Positions 50,492 through 61,899 are shown, counted from the stretch's first letter. The stretch: DNA of 64,000 nt from Hydrogenophilus sp. (GCA_020725265.1 DYFK01000008.1:616-64615), one strand, 5' to 3'. Notes: generated by a model not told the origin, from the letters alone. A program made the numbers and translations.

Positions 50492-51571
50492 ATGCTCATG
50501 CACACCCCGCTCAATACCCGGCACCGCGAGGCCGGCGCCAAGCTGGTCGATTTCTCGGGCTGGGAAATGCCCATCCATTACGGTTCCCAGATCGAGGAAC
50601 ACCATGCCGTGCGCCACGATGCCGGCATGTTCGACGTCTCCCACATGCTGCCGGTGGACATTCGCGGCGACGCTGCCCGCGCCTTCCTGCGGAAACTGGT
50701 CGCCAACAACGTCGACAAGCTCCAGACCACCGGCCGCGCCCTATACACCTGCATGCTGCACGAGGGCGGCGGCATCATCGACGATCTCATCGTCTACTTC
50801 TTCAACGAATCCTGGTTTCGTCTGGTGGTCAACGCCGGCTGCGCCGACAAGGACCTGGCCTGGATCGAAAGCCAGCGCGACCGTCACGCCGCCGGCCTGG
50901 AAATCCAGCCGCGTCGCGATCTGGCGATGATCGCCGCGCAGGGGCCGAACGCAGCCAGCCGGCTGTGGGCGGCGATGCCGGGCCTACAGGAACTGGCGGC
51001 GCCGCTGAAGCCGTTCAACGCCGCCGTGGTTGGCGACATGCTGGTGGCGCGCACCGGCTACACCGGCGAGGATGGTTTCGAGATCATGCTGCCGGCCAAG
51101 GCGGCGCCGTTCTTCTGGCAGGCGCTGCTGGAAGCCGGCGTCCGCCCATGCGGCCTGGGCGCGCGCGACACCCTGCGTCTGGAAGCGGGCATGAATCTGT
51201 ACGGCCAGGACATGGACGAAAGCGACACGCCGTTCGATTGCGGCCTGGGCTGGACCGTGGACCTGTCCGGCGATCGCGATTTCATCGGCCGCGATTCGCT
51301 GCTGCGGCTGCCGCGCGGGCAGACCCTGGTCGGCCTCAAGCTGCTCGATCGCGGCGTGCTGCGCGCCCATCAGCCGGTCCACACCGAGCAGGGCGAAGGC
51401 CAGATCACCAGCGGTACCTTCTCGCCGACGCTCGGTTTTTCCATCGCCCTGGCGCGCGTGCCGGCCGGTGCCCGGCCGGGCGATACGGTCGAGGTCGACA
51501 TCCGCGACCGCCGGCTCAAGGCGCTGGTCGTCAAATACCCCTTCGTCCGTAACGGCAAGGCCCTGATCTGA
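50492..51571 (+). CDS. gcvT: Glycine cleavage system aminomethyltransferase T
   Basis: [22 protein letters not shown] and FDVSHM. The ATG at 50492 lies 6 nt after GGAGA; an alternative GTG is at 50489. Confidence 0.95.
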   Translation: MLMHTPLNTRHREAGAKLVDFSGWEMPIHYGSQIEEHHAVRHDAGMFDVSHMLPVDIRGDAARAFLRKLVANNVDKLQTTGRALYTCMLHEGGGIIDDLIVYFFNESWFRLVVNAGCADKDLAWIESQRDRHAAGLEIQPRRDLAMIAAQGPNAASRLWAAMPGLQELAAPLKPFNAAVVGDMLVARTGYTGEDGFEIMLPAKAAPFFWQALLEAGVRPCGLGARDTLRLEAGMNLYGQDMDESDTPFDCGLGWTVDLSGDRDFIGRDSLLRLPRGQTLVGLKLLDRGVLRAHQPVHTEQGEGQITSGTFSPTLGFSIALARVPAGARPGDTVEVDIRDRRLKALVVKYPFVRNGKALI

Positions 51572-51590
51572 ACCCAACGAGGAGCCCGAA

Positions 51591-51980
51591 ATGAGCATTC
51601 CCGCCGATCTCAAATACACCGCCTCGCACGAGTGGTGCCGCCTGGAAGCCGACGGCGCCATCACCGTCGGCATCACCCACCACGCCCAGGATCTGCTTGG
51701 CGACATGGTGTTCGTGGAACTGCCGGTGGTCGGCCGCAAGCTGGCCGCCAACGAGGAATGCGCGGTGGTCGAATCGGTCAAGGCGGCGTCCGATGTCTAC
51801 GCGCCGCTGGCCGGCGAGGTGGTGGCCTTCAATGCCGACCTGGAGGCCAGTCCGGAGCGCATCAACCAGGATGCCTACGCCGCCTGGATGTTCCGCCTGA
51901 ACCCCGACAATCCCGCCGACCTCGACGGCCTGATGGATGCCGACGCGTACCGGGCCCAGGTGGAATCGGAAGCCCACTAA
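51591..51980 (+). CDS. gcvH: Glycine cleavage system H protein
   Basis: Lipoyl-lysine motif [13 protein letters not shown]. 129 aa. Confidence 0.95.
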   Translation: MSIPADLKYTASHEWCRLEADGAITVGITHHAQDLLGDMVFVELPVVGRKLAANEECAVVESVKAASDVYAPLAGEVVAFNADLEASPERINQDAYAAWMFRLNPDNPADLDGLMDADAYRAQVESEAH

Positions 51981-52049
51981 CCCGCATGGGTGATGGCGCG
52001 CGAGCCGACGCCGTTGCCCATCCCTCATCGCATCCTTCATTCCAGACCA

Positions 52050-53453
52050 ATGCCTTTCATCCCCCATACCGAGGCCGATGTCGCCGCCATGCTCGCCAGC
52101 ATCGGCGTGGCCGGCATCGATGACCTGTTCGACGAGATTCCCGCCGAACTGATCCGGCCCGGCCTGTCCGGCCTGCCCGCCGGCCTGCCGGAAATGGCGG
52201 TGACCCGGCTGGCGCGCTCGCGCGCGGCCCAGGATGGCTTCTATCTCGGTTTTCTCGGCGCCGGCGCCTACGAGCACCACGTTCCGGCGGCGGTCTGGCA
52301 GATCGTCACCCGCGGCGAGTTCTATTCCGCCTACACCCCCTACCAGGCCGAAGCCAGCCAGGGCACGCTGCAACTGCTCTACGAATACCAGACCATGATG
52401 TGCCGGCTGACCGGCATGGATGTCTCCAACGCCTCGCTGTACGACGGCGCCAGCGCGCTGGCCGAGGCGGTGCTGATGGCGGTGCGCGCCAACAAGGCCG
52501 GCGCCCGGCGGGTATTGATGCCGGCCACCGTGCATCCGCGCTATCGCGCCGTGGTCGAGGCGACGGTGCGACACCAGGGCATCGAACTGGTGACGGTGCC
52601 GCGCGGCGTCGACGGCCGCGTCGACCCGGCCGCGCTGGATGACCTGGCGGCAGCGCCGGCCGCGCCGGCCGCCGCGCTGGTGGTGCCGCAGCCCAACTTC
52701 CTCGGCCGGCTCGAGGCGGTCGACGCCTTGACCGACTGGGCGCATGGCCATGGCATGCTCGCCATCGCCGTGGTCAATCCGCTGGCGCTGGCGCTGCTCA
52801 AGCAACCCGGCGAGTGGGGCGCCGATGGCAAGGGCGCCGACATCTGCGTCGGCGATGGTCAGCCGCTCGGCGTGCCGCTGTCTTCCGGCGGTCCGTACTT
52901 CGGTTTCATGACCGCGCGCCAGGCGCTGGTCCGGCAGATGCCCGGCCGCATCGTCGGGCGTACCGTCGACGCCGACGGCAAGCCCGGCTTCGCGCTCACC
53001 CTGCAAGCGCGCGAACAGCACATCCGCCGTTCCAAGGCAACCTCCAACATCTGCACCAACCAGGGCCTGCTGGTCACCGCCGCGACCATCCACATGGCCC
53101 TGCTCGGTCCCGACGGACTCCGGGGCGTCGCGCTCGCCGCCCATGCCAACACGCGCGCGCTGCTCGACCGGCTGTGCGCGATCCCCGGCGTCGAGCGGGT
53201 GTTTCCGGGGCCGTTCTTCCACGAGGCCGTGATTCGCGTCAACGCGCCGGTCGCGGATGTACTGCGCGCCCTGCGCGCCCAAGGCATCCTGGGCGGCTAT
53301 CCGCTCGGCCATGACGATCCGGAACTGGCCGACTGCATCCTGGTCTGCGCCACCGAGACCAAGACGGATGACGATCTCACCCAATACGCGCAACAATTGG
53401 AACGTATCCTGAGCCGGCGCCGAGATGCGCCGCCCTGCGCGTACAAATCCTGA
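52050..53453 (+). CDS. gcvPA: Glycine dehydrogenase (decarboxylating) subunit 1
   Basis: [15 protein letters not shown] and [14 protein letters not shown]. Split P-protein arrangement. Confidence 0.92.
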   Translation: MPFIPHTEADVAAMLASIGVAGIDDLFDEIPAELIRPGLSGLPAGLPEMAVTRLARSRAAQDGFYLGFLGAGAYEHHVPAAVWQIVTRGEFYSAYTPYQAEASQGTLQLLYEYQTMMCRLTGMDVSNASLYDGASALAEAVLMAVRANKAGARRVLMPATVHPRYRAVVEATVRHQGIELVTVPRGVDGRVDPAALDDLAAAPAAPAAALVVPQPNFLGRLEAVDALTDWAHGHGMLAIAVVNPLALALLKQPGEWGADGKGADICVGDGQPLGVPLSSGGPYFGFMTARQALVRQMPGRIVGRTVDADGKPGFALTLQAREQHIRRSKATSNICTNQGLLVTAATIHMALLGPDGLRGVALAAHANTRALLDRLCAIPGVERVFPGPFFHEAVIRVNAPVADVLRALRAQGILGGYPLGHDDPELADCILVCATETKTDDDLTQYAQQLERILSRRRDAPPCAYKS

Positions 53454-53476
53454 CCACAACCCTAGGAGACCTCGAC

Positions 53477-53989
53477 ATGGCTACCGTAACCCTTGGCGGC
53501 GAACCCATCTCCGTCGGCGGCAATTTTCCGCGTCCCGGCGATTCCGCGCATTCCTTCATGCTGGTGGACAAGGATCTGAAGGACGTATCCCTGTCGACTT
53601 TCTGGGGCAAGCGCAAGATCCTCAACATCGTGCCCAGCCTGGACACGCCGGTCTGCCTGGAATCGGCGCGCAAGTTCAACGCCACCGCGGCCAGCCTGGC
53701 CAACACCGTGGTGCTGGTCATCTCCGCCGACCTGCCGTTCGCGCAGAACCGCGCCTGCGCGACCGAGGGCCTGAAGAACGTGGTCACGCTCTCCACCCTG
53801 CGCGGCCGCGATTTCCACAAGGACTATGGCGTGATGATCATGGACCCGCCGCTGGCCGGCCTGACCGCGCGCGCGGTCATCGTACTGGACGAAAACGACA
53901 AGGTGGTCTGGTCCGAACTGGTGCCTGAAATCAAACAGGAGCCCAACTACGAAGCCGCCCTCGCCGCCGCGAGGGGCGAACCGCTGTAA
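53477..53989 (+). CDS. tpx: Thiol peroxidase (atypical 2-Cys peroxiredoxin Tpx)
   Basis: VPSLDTPVC peroxidatic Cys motif and a resolving Cys in NRACATEG. 170 aa. Confidence 0.9.
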   Translation: MATVTLGGEPISVGGNFPRPGDSAHSFMLVDKDLKDVSLSTFWGKRKILNIVPSLDTPVCLESARKFNATAASLANTVVLVISADLPFAQNRACATEGLKNVVTLSTLRGRDFHKDYGVMIMDPPLAGLTARAVIVLDENDKVVWSELVPEIKQEPNYEAALAAARGEPL

Positions 53990-53994
53990 GTTCC

Positions 53995-54087
53995 GGGGAG
54001 TGGGGAGGAGGTAGTAGGGAGTCGGTGGCGCACGCCGCCAGCGCCCCACTTCCTACTCCCCATTCCCTACTACCTACTCCCCATTCC
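53995..54087. repeat. Imperfect inverted repeat of heptamer units (G-rich arm / C-rich arm)
   Basis: Left arm GGGGAGTGGGGAGGAGGTAGTAGGGAGT. Right arm CCCCACTTCCTACTCCCCATTCCCTACTACCTACTCCCCATTCC. Ends 2 nt before the gcvPB ATG. Confidence 0.8.
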
Positions 54088-54089
54088 AG

Positions 54090-55544
54090 ATGATGCTCAT
54101 CTTCGAACATGCCCAGCCCGGGCGCCGCGCCCAGGCTCAGGCACCCGCCGCCGCGCCCGCCGTTGACGACATTCCGGTCGAATTCCTGCGCGCGTCCGCG
54201 CCGGCCCTGCCCGAAGTTTCCGAACTCGACGTGGTGCGTCATTACACCGGCCTGTCGCAAAAGAACTTCAGCATCGATACCCAGTTCTACCCGCTCGGTT
54301 CCTGCACCATGAAGTACAACCCGCGTGCCTGCAACACGCTGGCCATGCAGGCGCAGTTCCTGGAACGGCATCCGCTGGCCGACGCCGAGACAGGCCAGGG
54401 CTTCCTGGCCTGTCTGCATGAATTGCAGGAAATGCTGCGTGAAGTCACCGGCATGGCGGCGGTGTCGCTGGCGCCGATGGCCGGCGCCCATGGCGAGTTC
54501 GCCGGCGTGGCGATGATTCGCGCCTACCACGACGCGCGCGGCGACCACGCCCGGCGCGAGATCATCGTGCCGGATGCCGCGCACGGCACCAATCCGGCGA
54601 CCGCGACGATGTGCGGTTACACGGTGCGCGAGATTCCCACCGACCGCCAGGGCAACGTCGATCTGGAGGCCTTGCGCGCGGCGGTCGGACCGCATACCGC
54701 CGGTCTGATGCTGACCAATCCGTCGACGCTGGGCGTGTTCGAGAAGACCATCGTCGACATCCAGAAGATCGTGCACCAGGCCGGCGGCCTGACCTATTAC
54801 GACGGCGCCAACCTGAACGCCATCCTGGGACGGGTCCGGCCCGGCGACATGGGTTTCGACGTCATCCACATGAACCTGCACAAGACCTTCTCGACGCCCC
54901 ATGGCGGTGGTGGCCCCGGCGCCGGCCCGGTCGGCGTCTCGGCCCGGCTCCGGCCGTTCCTGCCGATCCCCTTGGTGCTGGAGGAGCGCGGTTTTTACCG
55001 CTGGGCGGAGGAAGCCGACTGCCCGGACAGCATCGGCCGCATGAGCGCGTTCGGCGGCAACATGGGCGTGCTGCTGCGCGCCTGGGTCTACGCGCGGATG
55101 CTCGGTGCCGAGGGCATGCCGAGGGTGGCGGAATTCGCCACGCTCAACGCCAATTACCTGGCCGCCGAACTGCGCAAGGCCGGTTTCGAACTGGCCTACC
55201 CGGAGCGTCGCGCCAGTCATGAATTCATCGTCACGCTCAAGCGTCTGAAGGACGAAACCGGCGTGTCGGCGATGGATTTCGCCAAGCGTCTGCTCGATTA
55301 CGGCGTGCACGCGCCGACCACCTATTTCCCGCTGCTGGTGCCGGAATGCCTGCTGATCGAGCCGACCGAGACGGAAAGCCGGCAGACCCTGGATGCCTTC
55401 GTCGCCGCCATGGTCAAGGTGCGCGACGAGGCGCGCATCGACCCGGACCGGGTCAAGAGCGCGCCCCATACCTTGCCGGCGCGCCGGCTCGACGACGTGC
55501 GCGCCGCCCGTGAGCTGGATCTGGCCTGGACGCCGCCGGCATGA
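54090..55544 (+). CDS. gcvPB: Glycine dehydrogenase (decarboxylating) subunit 2
   Basis: MLIFEH N-terminus and PLP-lysine region [18 protein letters not shown]. Confidence 0.95.
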   Translation: MMLIFEHAQPGRRAQAQAPAAAPAVDDIPVEFLRASAPALPEVSELDVVRHYTGLSQKNFSIDTQFYPLGSCTMKYNPRACNTLAMQAQFLERHPLADAETGQGFLACLHELQEMLREVTGMAAVSLAPMAGAHGEFAGVAMIRAYHDARGDHARREIIVPDAAHGTNPATATMCGYTVREIPTDRQGNVDLEALRAAVGPHTAGLMLTNPSTLGVFEKTIVDIQKIVHQAGGLTYYDGANLNAILGRVRPGDMGFDVIHMNLHKTFSTPHGGGGPGAGPVGVSARLRPFLPIPLVLEERGFYRWAEEADCPDSIGRMSAFGGNMGVLLRAWVYARMLGAEGMPRVAEFATLNANYLAAELRKAGFELAYPERRASHEFIVTLKRLKDETGVSAMDFAKRLLDYGVHAPTTYFPLLVPECLLIEPTETESRQTLDAFVAAMVKVRDEARIDPDRVKSAPHTLPARRLDDVRAARELDLAWTPPA

Positions 55545-55936
55545 ACGAAAGCCAGGAAGCCGTCGCCGGGGAGAGTCCGCACAAGGGCAAGACCGGCCTG
55601 AAGCGGGTCTGGAACGCCTTCTTCTACTCGCTGGCCGGTTTCCGCGCCGCCTGGAAGCACGAGGACGCCTTCCGTCAGGAGGTGCTGCTCGCCCTCGTGC
55701 TGGTGCCGCTCGCCCTGTATCTGGGCGATACCCCGATCGGCAAGGCGTTGATGGTCGCCAGCGTGCTGCTGGTGCTGATCGTGGAACTGGTCAATTCCGC
55801 GATCGAGGCCACCGTCGATCGCATCTCCCTCGAAAACCACAAGCTGGCCAAGCGCGCCAAGGACATCGGCAGCGCCGCCGTGCTGATCGCCTTGCTCAAC
55901 GTGCTGGTGGTGTGGGGGCTGGTGCTGTTCGGTTAG
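55541..55936 (+). CDS. dgkA: Diacylglycerol kinase (prokaryotic DgkA family)
   Basis: 131 aa, 3 TM. AFRQE and [13 protein letters not shown] motifs. ATGA overlap with gcvPB. Confidence 0.85.
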   Translation: MNESQEAVAGESPHKGKTGLKRVWNAFFYSLAGFRAAWKHEDAFRQEVLLALVLVPLALYLGDTPIGKALMVASVLLVLIVELVNSAIEATVDRISLENHKLAKRAKDIGSAAVLIALLNVLVVWGLVLFG

Positions 55937-55988
55937 CGATCGATCCGGCGCGAGGGATTCGCCGTCATGGACGTGGAGGCTGTGGACG

Positions 55989-56501
55989 ATGGTCACGATT
56001 GCGCGCGAGATCATGATTCCCCTGGCGGAGTTTCCCCAGATCGCCATTGACACCACGCTGCGCGCCGCCTACGCGCTGTTGCACGAACGTCATCTGTCCG
56101 GCGGCTGGCGCTTCCGCCACATGCTGGTGTTCGACGGCCGCGCCACGCTGGTCGGCATTCTCAGCCTGCAGGATTTGTTGCGCGCGCTGATGCCGGACTA
56201 CATCAAGGCCAGCCTGTCCGCGCTGGACAGTGGCCCGGCGCCGGATTACAGCGGCCTGAGCCTGCTCTGGCAGGAGGCCTTCGACGAGCAGTGCGCCAAG
56301 ATGGCGGACTCCCGCGTCGACGCGCACATGACGCCGGTGCGCCACACCATTCCCGCCGACGCGCCCTGGACGCAGGCCGCTTACCAGATGATCGCGCATG
56401 GCGTGCACATGCTGCCGGTACTGGACGAACGCGAGCTGGTCGGCGTGGTGCGCATCGTCGACGTGTTCAACCAGGCCGCCGAACGGGTGTTGCATGACTG
56501 A
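55989..56501 (+). CDS. CBS-domain pair protein
   Basis: 170 aa. Two CBS-like modules (HMLVFDGRATLVGILSLQDLLRAL and HMLPVLDERELVGVVRIVDVF). Confidence 0.7.
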   Translation: MVTIAREIMIPLAEFPQIAIDTTLRAAYALLHERHLSGGWRFRHMLVFDGRATLVGILSLQDLLRALMPDYIKASLSALDSGPAPDYSGLSLLWQEAFDEQCAKMADSRVDAHMTPVRHTIPADAPWTQAAYQMIAHGVHMLPVLDERELVGVVRIVDVFNQAAERVLHD

Positions 56502-57984
56502 TGCCCAGGCCGACGCGTTGCCGCATGTCGCGCCGCCGGCACGGCGCTTCGACGCGCGCAAGTGGTTCTTCCTGCTGCTCGGCCTGGGTGTGTTCCTGGC
56601 GGTGTACTTCATGCCGCCGTGGCCGGAAGCCATCGACCCGGCCGGCAAGTCGTTCCAGCTCAGCCCGGAAGGCAAGGCGGCCATCGGTCTGTTCCTGATG
56701 GCGGGCATCTGGTGGGTGTTCGAGGTGATCCCGATCGGCGTCACCGCCATCGCCATCGGCGTGTTCCAGGCGCTGTTCCTGATCCGCCCGGCGCGCGAGG
56801 CGTTCCGCGACTTCATGGACCCCTCGGTGATGTTCATCTTCGGCTCCATCGTCATCGGCCTGGCCTTCACCAGGTCCGGGCTGACGCGGCGCATCGCCTA
56901 CAGGATGATGGCGGTGGTGGGGGAGAACAGCAACACCATCCTGCTCGGCTGCCTGGTGGTCACCGCCGCGCTGGCGCACCTGATGGCGCACACCGCCGTG
57001 GCCGCCACCATGTTTCCCATCCTGCTGGCGATCTACGCGCTGTATGGCGAGGGCGACAAGCGCACCAACTTCGGCAAGAGCCTGTTCATCGGCATGGCCT
57101 ACGCCGCCGGCGCCGGCAGCATTGTCACCTTCCTCGGCGCCGCGCGCGGCCCGGCGGCGGCCGGCATGTACAAGGAATTCACCGGCAACGAGATCGGCTT
57201 CTTCGAACTGACCAGCTACATGTTCCTCATCGGCTGGGGCATGGTGTTCCTGATCTGGCTGTACCTGATCACCTTCCTCAAGCCGGAGAAGAAATCCATC
57301 CCCGGCCTGCGCGACACGGTGCGGCGCCTGGCCGACGGCTTGGGCCCGCTCACCGGGCGCGAGTGGCTGGTCTTGGTGATCGTCTTCGGCGTGGTGTTGA
57401 CCATGTCGCTGAAGGGCGTGGTGCCTTTCCTGCAACCCATCGACCGCGCCGCGCTGATGTTGGTGTCGACGCTGCTGTTCTTCATCCTCGGCGTGCTGAC
57501 GGTGAAGGATCTGGAGGAGATTCCCTGGAACATCATCCTGCTGTTTTCCGGCGCCATGAGCATCGGCTTCTGCCTGTGGCAGACCGGCGCGGCGGAGTGG
57601 ATGGCGGTGCGATGGCTGGGCCTGCTGCGGGGCGCGCACTGGTTCGTGTTCGTGCTGGGCATCGCCGGCTTCGTTCTGCTGATGACCAACTTCATCATGA
57701 ACGTCGCCGCCATCGCCATCGTCCTGCCGGTGGCGCTGGTCATCGCCGGTTACCTGAACGTGGCGCCGGACGTGATCGTTTATGCCTCGCTGGTCACCGC
57801 CGGCATGCCTTTCCTGCTGCTGATCGGCGCCGCGCCCAACGCCATCGCCTACGATTCCGGCCAGTTTTCCACCGGCGAGTTCTTCCGCCACGGCCTGCTG
57901 CTGAGCGTGGCGCTGATGGCGGTGCTGGCGCTCGTGGTAGTGACCATCTGGCCGCTGATGGGCATGCCGATCCTGGTGTCTTGA
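56494..57984 (+). CDS. DASS/SLC13-family anion (sulfate/dicarboxylate) transporter
   Basis: About 496 aa polytopic membrane protein with an inverted-repeat topology. Hairpin-like motifs GAGSIVTFLGAARGP and LLIGAAPNAIAY. Overlaps the CBS gene by 8 nt. Confidence 0.7.
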   Translation: MTDAQADALPHVAPPARRFDARKWFFLLLGLGVFLAVYFMPPWPEAIDPAGKSFQLSPEGKAAIGLFLMAGIWWVFEVIPIGVTAIAIGVFQALFLIRPAREAFRDFMDPSVMFIFGSIVIGLAFTRSGLTRRIAYRMMAVVGENSNTILLGCLVVTAALAHLMAHTAVAATMFPILLAIYALYGEGDKRTNFGKSLFIGMAYAAGAGSIVTFLGAARGPAAAGMYKEFTGNEIGFFELTSYMFLIGWGMVFLIWLYLITFLKPEKKSIPGLRDTVRRLADGLGPLTGREWLVLVIVFGVVLTMSLKGVVPFLQPIDRAALMLVSTLLFFILGVLTVKDLEEIPWNIILLFSGAMSIGFCLWQTGAAEWMAVRWLGLLRGAHWFVFVLGIAGFVLLMTNFIMNVAAIAIVLPVALVIAGYLNVAPDVIVYASLVTAGMPFLLLIGAAPNAIAYDSGQFSTGEFFRHGLLLSVALMAVLALVVVTIWPLMGMPILVS

Positions 57985-58100
57985 CGGCTGGCCGCGCGGG
58001 TCACCGGCCTGCCGAAAGTCAAGGCGGCCACGGCCGGTTTCGATTTCCATGGGGCCGCGCCGGAACGTCGGCGCCTGCCTCCATTTTCAGGAAATGAATC

Positions 58101-58709
58101 ATGACTTTCCCCGCGTTTTTCGATCAGGTGCCCGGCCTGGTCCTGCATGATCCCCTGGCCGAGGTTCTCGGCGCGGCCGAGGGTGGCGTCATCGAATACC
58201 GCTATGCCGATGCCGTCCGCCTGGCCGGGCATTCCTGTCCGACCGTGGCCGGTGCCTGGCTGATGGCCCGGCGCGCGTTGCGTTTCCTGTATCCGGATGG
58301 CGTGCCCGCGCGCGGTGGTTTGCGCGTCGAGCTGCGCGCGCAGGCGGACGCCGGTACCGCCGGCGTGGTCGGCGCGGTGCTCGGCCTGATCACCGGCGCC
58401 GCCGGCGAGGGCGGGTTCAAGGGATTGGCCGGCGCGCATGCCCGTCGCGATCTGCTGCGTTTCGGCGTCGGGCTGGATGCCGAAGTCCGGATCAGCCGCC
58501 TCGACAGTGGCGCGGCGGTGCTGCTCGATTACCGACCGGATGTGGTGCCGGCGGACGCCGCTGTGGCGCCGTTGATGGCGCGCGTGGTCGGTGGCACCGC
58601 CGATGCCGATGAACGCGCGCGGTTCGGCCAGCTCTGGCAGGACCGGGTGCGGCGCATCCTGATCGAACACGCCGACGATCCCGCGCTGATCCAGGCGCGT
58701 CCGGCATGA
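58101..58709 (+). CDS. FmdE-family-like protein
   Basis: LAGHSCPTVAGAWLMARRAL resembles the GHxCPG signature of FmdE domains. Motif-level evidence only. Confidence 0.45.
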   Translation: MTFPAFFDQVPGLVLHDPLAEVLGAAEGGVIEYRYADAVRLAGHSCPTVAGAWLMARRALRFLYPDGVPARGGLRVELRAQADAGTAGVVGAVLGLITGAAGEGGFKGLAGAHARRDLLRFGVGLDAEVRISRLDSGAAVLLDYRPDVVPADAAVAPLMARVVGGTADADERARFGQLWQDRVRRILIEHADDPALIQARPA

Positions 58710-59440
58710 GCATCGGCATGGCCGTGCCCGTGTTGGCCGTGCATGTCGGCCGGATCGCGCCGCTCGGCGCCGACGGGATTCCCAGCGGCATCGACAAACG
58801 GCCCGTCGAAGGCCGGCTCCGGCTCACCCGCGTCGGCCTGCAAGGTGACCAGCAGGCCGACCATCGGCATCACGGTGGCCTCGACAAGGCCCTGCATCAC
58901 TATCCGGCCGAACACTACGCCGATTGGCGGCGGGCCGTGCCGGCGCGGGCGACGCGTTTCCTGCCCGGCGCCTTCGGCGAGAATCTGGTCACCCAGGGGC
59001 TGCGCGAGGCCGACGTTTGCGTGGGCGATGTCTTCAGCCTGGGCGACGCGCGCATCCAGGTTTCCCAGGGCCGCCAGCCCTGCCACAAGCTCAACCTGCG
59101 GTTCGATTGGCCGGATATGGTTGCCCAGGTTCTGGCGAGCGGGCGCGCCGGCTGGTACTACCGGGTTCTGCAAGAGGGCGGGATCGCCCAGGGCGACCTG
59201 TTGCGCCGGCTGGAACGGCCGCACCCGGAATGGCCACTCGCGCGGGTCTGGCGGGTGCTGTTCGGCGGGGTCGCCGAAGCGGCGGTCGATTCCACCGCGC
59301 TGGCCGAACTCGCCGCGCTGCCGGCGCTGTCGGTGTCCTGGCGCTCACGCGCCGGCGACCGGCTGGCGGCGCTCGTTGGCGATGGGGAGGGCTTGCCGGC
59401 CGCGTCGGACGCGGACCGCGACGGCCGTTCCTCTGCCTGA
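58706..59440 (+). CDS. MOSC-domain protein (YiiM-like)
   Basis: HHGGLDKALHHY, FGENL and QVSQGRQPCHKLN (conserved Cys). 4-nt overlap with the upstream gene. Confidence 0.8.
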   Translation: MSIGMAVPVLAVHVGRIAPLGADGIPSGIDKRPVEGRLRLTRVGLQGDQQADHRHHGGLDKALHHYPAEHYADWRRAVPARATRFLPGAFGENLVTQGLREADVCVGDVFSLGDARIQVSQGRQPCHKLNLRFDWPDMVAQVLASGRAGWYYRVLQEGGIAQGDLLRRLERPHPEWPLARVWRVLFGGVAEAAVDSTALAELAALPALSVSWRSRAGDRLAALVGDGEGLPAASDADRDGRSSA

Positions 59441-59465
59441 GCGTCGCGGGCCGGATTGCGACTTC

Positions 59466-60185
59466 TCAGCGGGGGCCGGGTTTCGGCGTGGCTGCCGTCC
59501 GCTGTCCGCTCTTCGTCAGCTCGGCGAGACGTCGGCCGATTTCGCCCGCGCAGAGTCGGCTCAGCGCCTGATAGGACTCGGGATTGTCGATGGCCTGGTG
59601 CAACGGCAGGGAGAGCGAGTCGTAGGCGTATTCGACCTGCCGAAGAAAGCGTCGGCGCGCGCTTTCCAGGTCGACCCGGCCTTGTTCCTCGGCGTGGCCG
59701 GTGGCGAATATCTGGCGCGTGATCGCGCGGATTTCGCCGGGCAGGGCGCGCAATACGTCGCGGTCTAGCAGCCAGTGCCGGTGCTCGTGCGCCAGGATTA
59801 CCCGGTAGGCGCAGGAATCGGCGGGAAACTCGCGGGCGACGTAAATGACCGGCGCCGTGGTCACGCGCGTGGTCAGCGACAAGCGGTTGACGCGCGCGGC
59901 CGGGTCGGTGGCCAGGTCGGTGGCAGGCTTGGCGGCCGGGTTGGCGTGACTCCCGACGAGCTCCACCTTCATCCGGTTCTGGAACAGGCCGACGCCGAGC
60001 GCGGCCGGAAAGCCTCCTTCCGCCTGGGCGCGGGTGATCTCGGCAATGCTCTTGCCGTGGTCGATGGCGAGCTCGCCATGTTCGACGATCACCTGGTTGT
60101 GTACCCGCCAGGCATGCGCGTCAACGTTCAGCGTGGCCAGGCCAAGAAGGCCTAGCAGCAGACCGGCGGCTCGGCCCGGCGCCAC
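59466..60185 (-). CDS. Secreted hypothetical protein with HExxH motif
   Basis: GTG start 2 nt after the MCP stop. Signal-like N-terminus. ILAHEHRHW is a possible zinc-peptidase motif. No family recognised. Confidence 0.5.
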   Translation of the reverse strand: MAPGRAAGLLLGLLGLATLNVDAHAWRVHNQVIVEHGELAIDHGKSIAEITRAQAEGGFPAALGVGLFQNRMKVELVGSHANPAAKPATDLATDPAARVNRLSLTTRVTTAPVIYVAREFPADSCAYRVILAHEHRHWLLDRDVLRALPGEIRAITRQIFATGHAEEQGRVDLESARRRFLRQVEYAYDSLSLPLHQAIDNPESYQALSRLCAGEIGRRLAELTKSGQRTAATPKPGPR

Positions 60186-60187
60186 GT

Positions 60188-61819
60188 TCAGACCCTGAAC
60201 ATGCTGGCCCTGTCCAGCAGCCTGCCGGATACCCGTTCCAGGTCACTGGCGGAAGCGGAGATGCGGTCGACGGCGAAGTGGTTTTTCTCGATCATTTCGG
60301 CGACATGCTCGACATCGCGCGAAATGCTTTCGATGGCGGCATGCTGTTCACGCACCGAGTCGGTGATGCCACCGATTCCGGTTTCCGTGCGCGCCACCGC
60401 GTCGGTGGCGCCGGCCAGCACCTCAGCCAGGCTCTCCAGGAAATGTTCGCTGGCCTGTAGCGACTGCCCGCCTTCCTCGACGGCGGTTTCGACTTCGTGG
60501 GAATGGCGCTCGACCGATTGCGTGACCTGATCGATCTCGCTGGCCGCGCCGGCCGACTTCTCGGCCAGTTTGCGCACTTCGTCCGCCACCACGGCGAAGC
60601 CGCGCCCGGCTTCGCCCGCGCGCGCCGCTTCGATGGCGGCGTTGAGCGCAAGCAGATTGGTCTGCTCGGCGATGTCGCGTACCTGCTGGGTCAGGCTGCT
60701 GATCTGGCGGCTGTTGTCGAGGAACAGGCGGATCGCGCCGGTGATTTCGCGCACCGAATCTTCCGCGTGCATGATCGCGCCGGCCAGTTCGGACAGGCTC
60801 TCGTTGCCCTGGCGGGCGCGTTCGAGGCTGTCGTGGGAATCGCTGGCCACCTGTCCGGCCCGCTCGGCGACGCTGGCGATGCTGGCGTTCATTTCCTCGG
60901 TGGCGGCCGCTGATCGGGTGGCCGCGCCGCTCTGGCTGGTCGAGGAATCCGCCACTTCCCGGGCGGCGCCGGCCAGATTGGAGGCGGTGTCGGCGACGGC
61001 GCGGGCATTGCCGGTGATCTCCAGCACGATATCGCGGAAGCTGGCGAGCAGGCCGTTGAAGGCGCCCGCCATCTGGGCGATCTCGTCGCGGCCGGTGATT
61101 TCGGCGCGGGCGGTCAGGTCATGGTCCTCGCGCATCCGGTTCATCACCGCGCGCAAGTGGTCGAGCGGGCCGGTCACGCCGCGCGCGACCGCCAGCATGA
61201 CCACGGCCAATCCACCCATGACCAGCACGAACAGGGCGGCGAAGCGCAGCGCGGCAGCGCGGAATTCGCGCTCGACGTCGTCGATGTAGATGCCGGAGCC
61301 GATGATCCAGCCCCATGGCTGGAAGCCCATGACATAGGAAACCTTGGCGACCGGTTCGGACGCGCCCGGCTTCGGCCACAGATAGTCGACGCTGCCGGCC
61401 TGGCGGGCGCGGACGGTCTCGACGAATTCGACGAACAGCCGCTTGCCGGCGGGGTCGGCCAGTGTCGACATGTCCTTGCCTTCGAGCTCCGGTTTGAATG
61501 GATGCATGACCATGGTCGGGCCCATGTCGTTGATCCAGAAGTATTCCTCGCCCTCGTAGCGCAGTCCGCGCAGCAGCGCGATGGCGGATTCACGCGCCGT
61601 GGCCTCGTCGATCTCGCCGCGTCGGGTCTTGTCATGGAAATGCGCGAGCACGCCATGCGCGGTTTCGACCAGATGGCGGGTTTTGGTCTCGCGGTCGAGC
61701 AGCAGATTGTGTTTGAGGTTGTACAACGACCAGGCGGCGACCGCGGCGAAGGCGACCATGGTCAGGGCAAGGATCAGGTATAGCCGTTGGCGGATCGAGA
61801 GGCGCGACAGGAAGGACAT
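60188..61819 (-). CDS. Methyl-accepting chemotaxis protein with periplasmic single-Cache-like sensor and HAMP
   Basis: Signalling hairpin [37 protein letters not shown]. Two TM helices flank a YFWINDM...YLWPKPG Cache-like domain. Confidence 0.9.
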   Translation of the reverse strand: MSFLSRLSIRQRLYLILALTMVAFAAVAAWSLYNLKHNLLLDRETKTRHLVETAHGVLAHFHDKTRRGEIDEATARESAIALLRGLRYEGEEYFWINDMGPTMVMHPFKPELEGKDMSTLADPAGKRLFVEFVETVRARQAGSVDYLWPKPGASEPVAKVSYVMGFQPWGWIIGSGIYIDDVEREFRAAALRFAALFVLVMGGLAVVMLAVARGVTGPLDHLRAVMNRMREDHDLTARAEITGRDEIAQMAGAFNGLLASFRDIVLEITGNARAVADTASNLAGAAREVADSSTSQSGAATRSAAATEEMNASIASVAERAGQVASDSHDSLERARQGNESLSELAGAIMHAEDSVREITGAIRLFLDNSRQISSLTQQVRDIAEQTNLLALNAAIEAARAGEAGRGFAVVADEVRKLAEKSAGAASEIDQVTQSVERHSHEVETAVEEGGQSLQASEHFLESLAEVLAGATDAVARTETGIGGITDSVREQHAAIESISRDVEHVAEMIEKNHFAVDRISASASDLERVSGRLLDRASMFRV

Positions 61820-61899
61820 GCTGAAGGATTCCGTGGGGACGGTTCACGAAGGGAATGGGGGCGGGTGGCGATTGCCACCGCCCATCATCGGCCTGGAAT

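Noticed and set aside
61856-61884. The GGGCGGGTGGC-GATT-GCCACCGCCC hairpin between pabB and the MCP gene as a terminator.
   Set aside because: The stem is good, but no U-tract follows on the minus (sense) strand. It may still be a REP or RNA-stability element, but the evidence is insufficient to annotate it.
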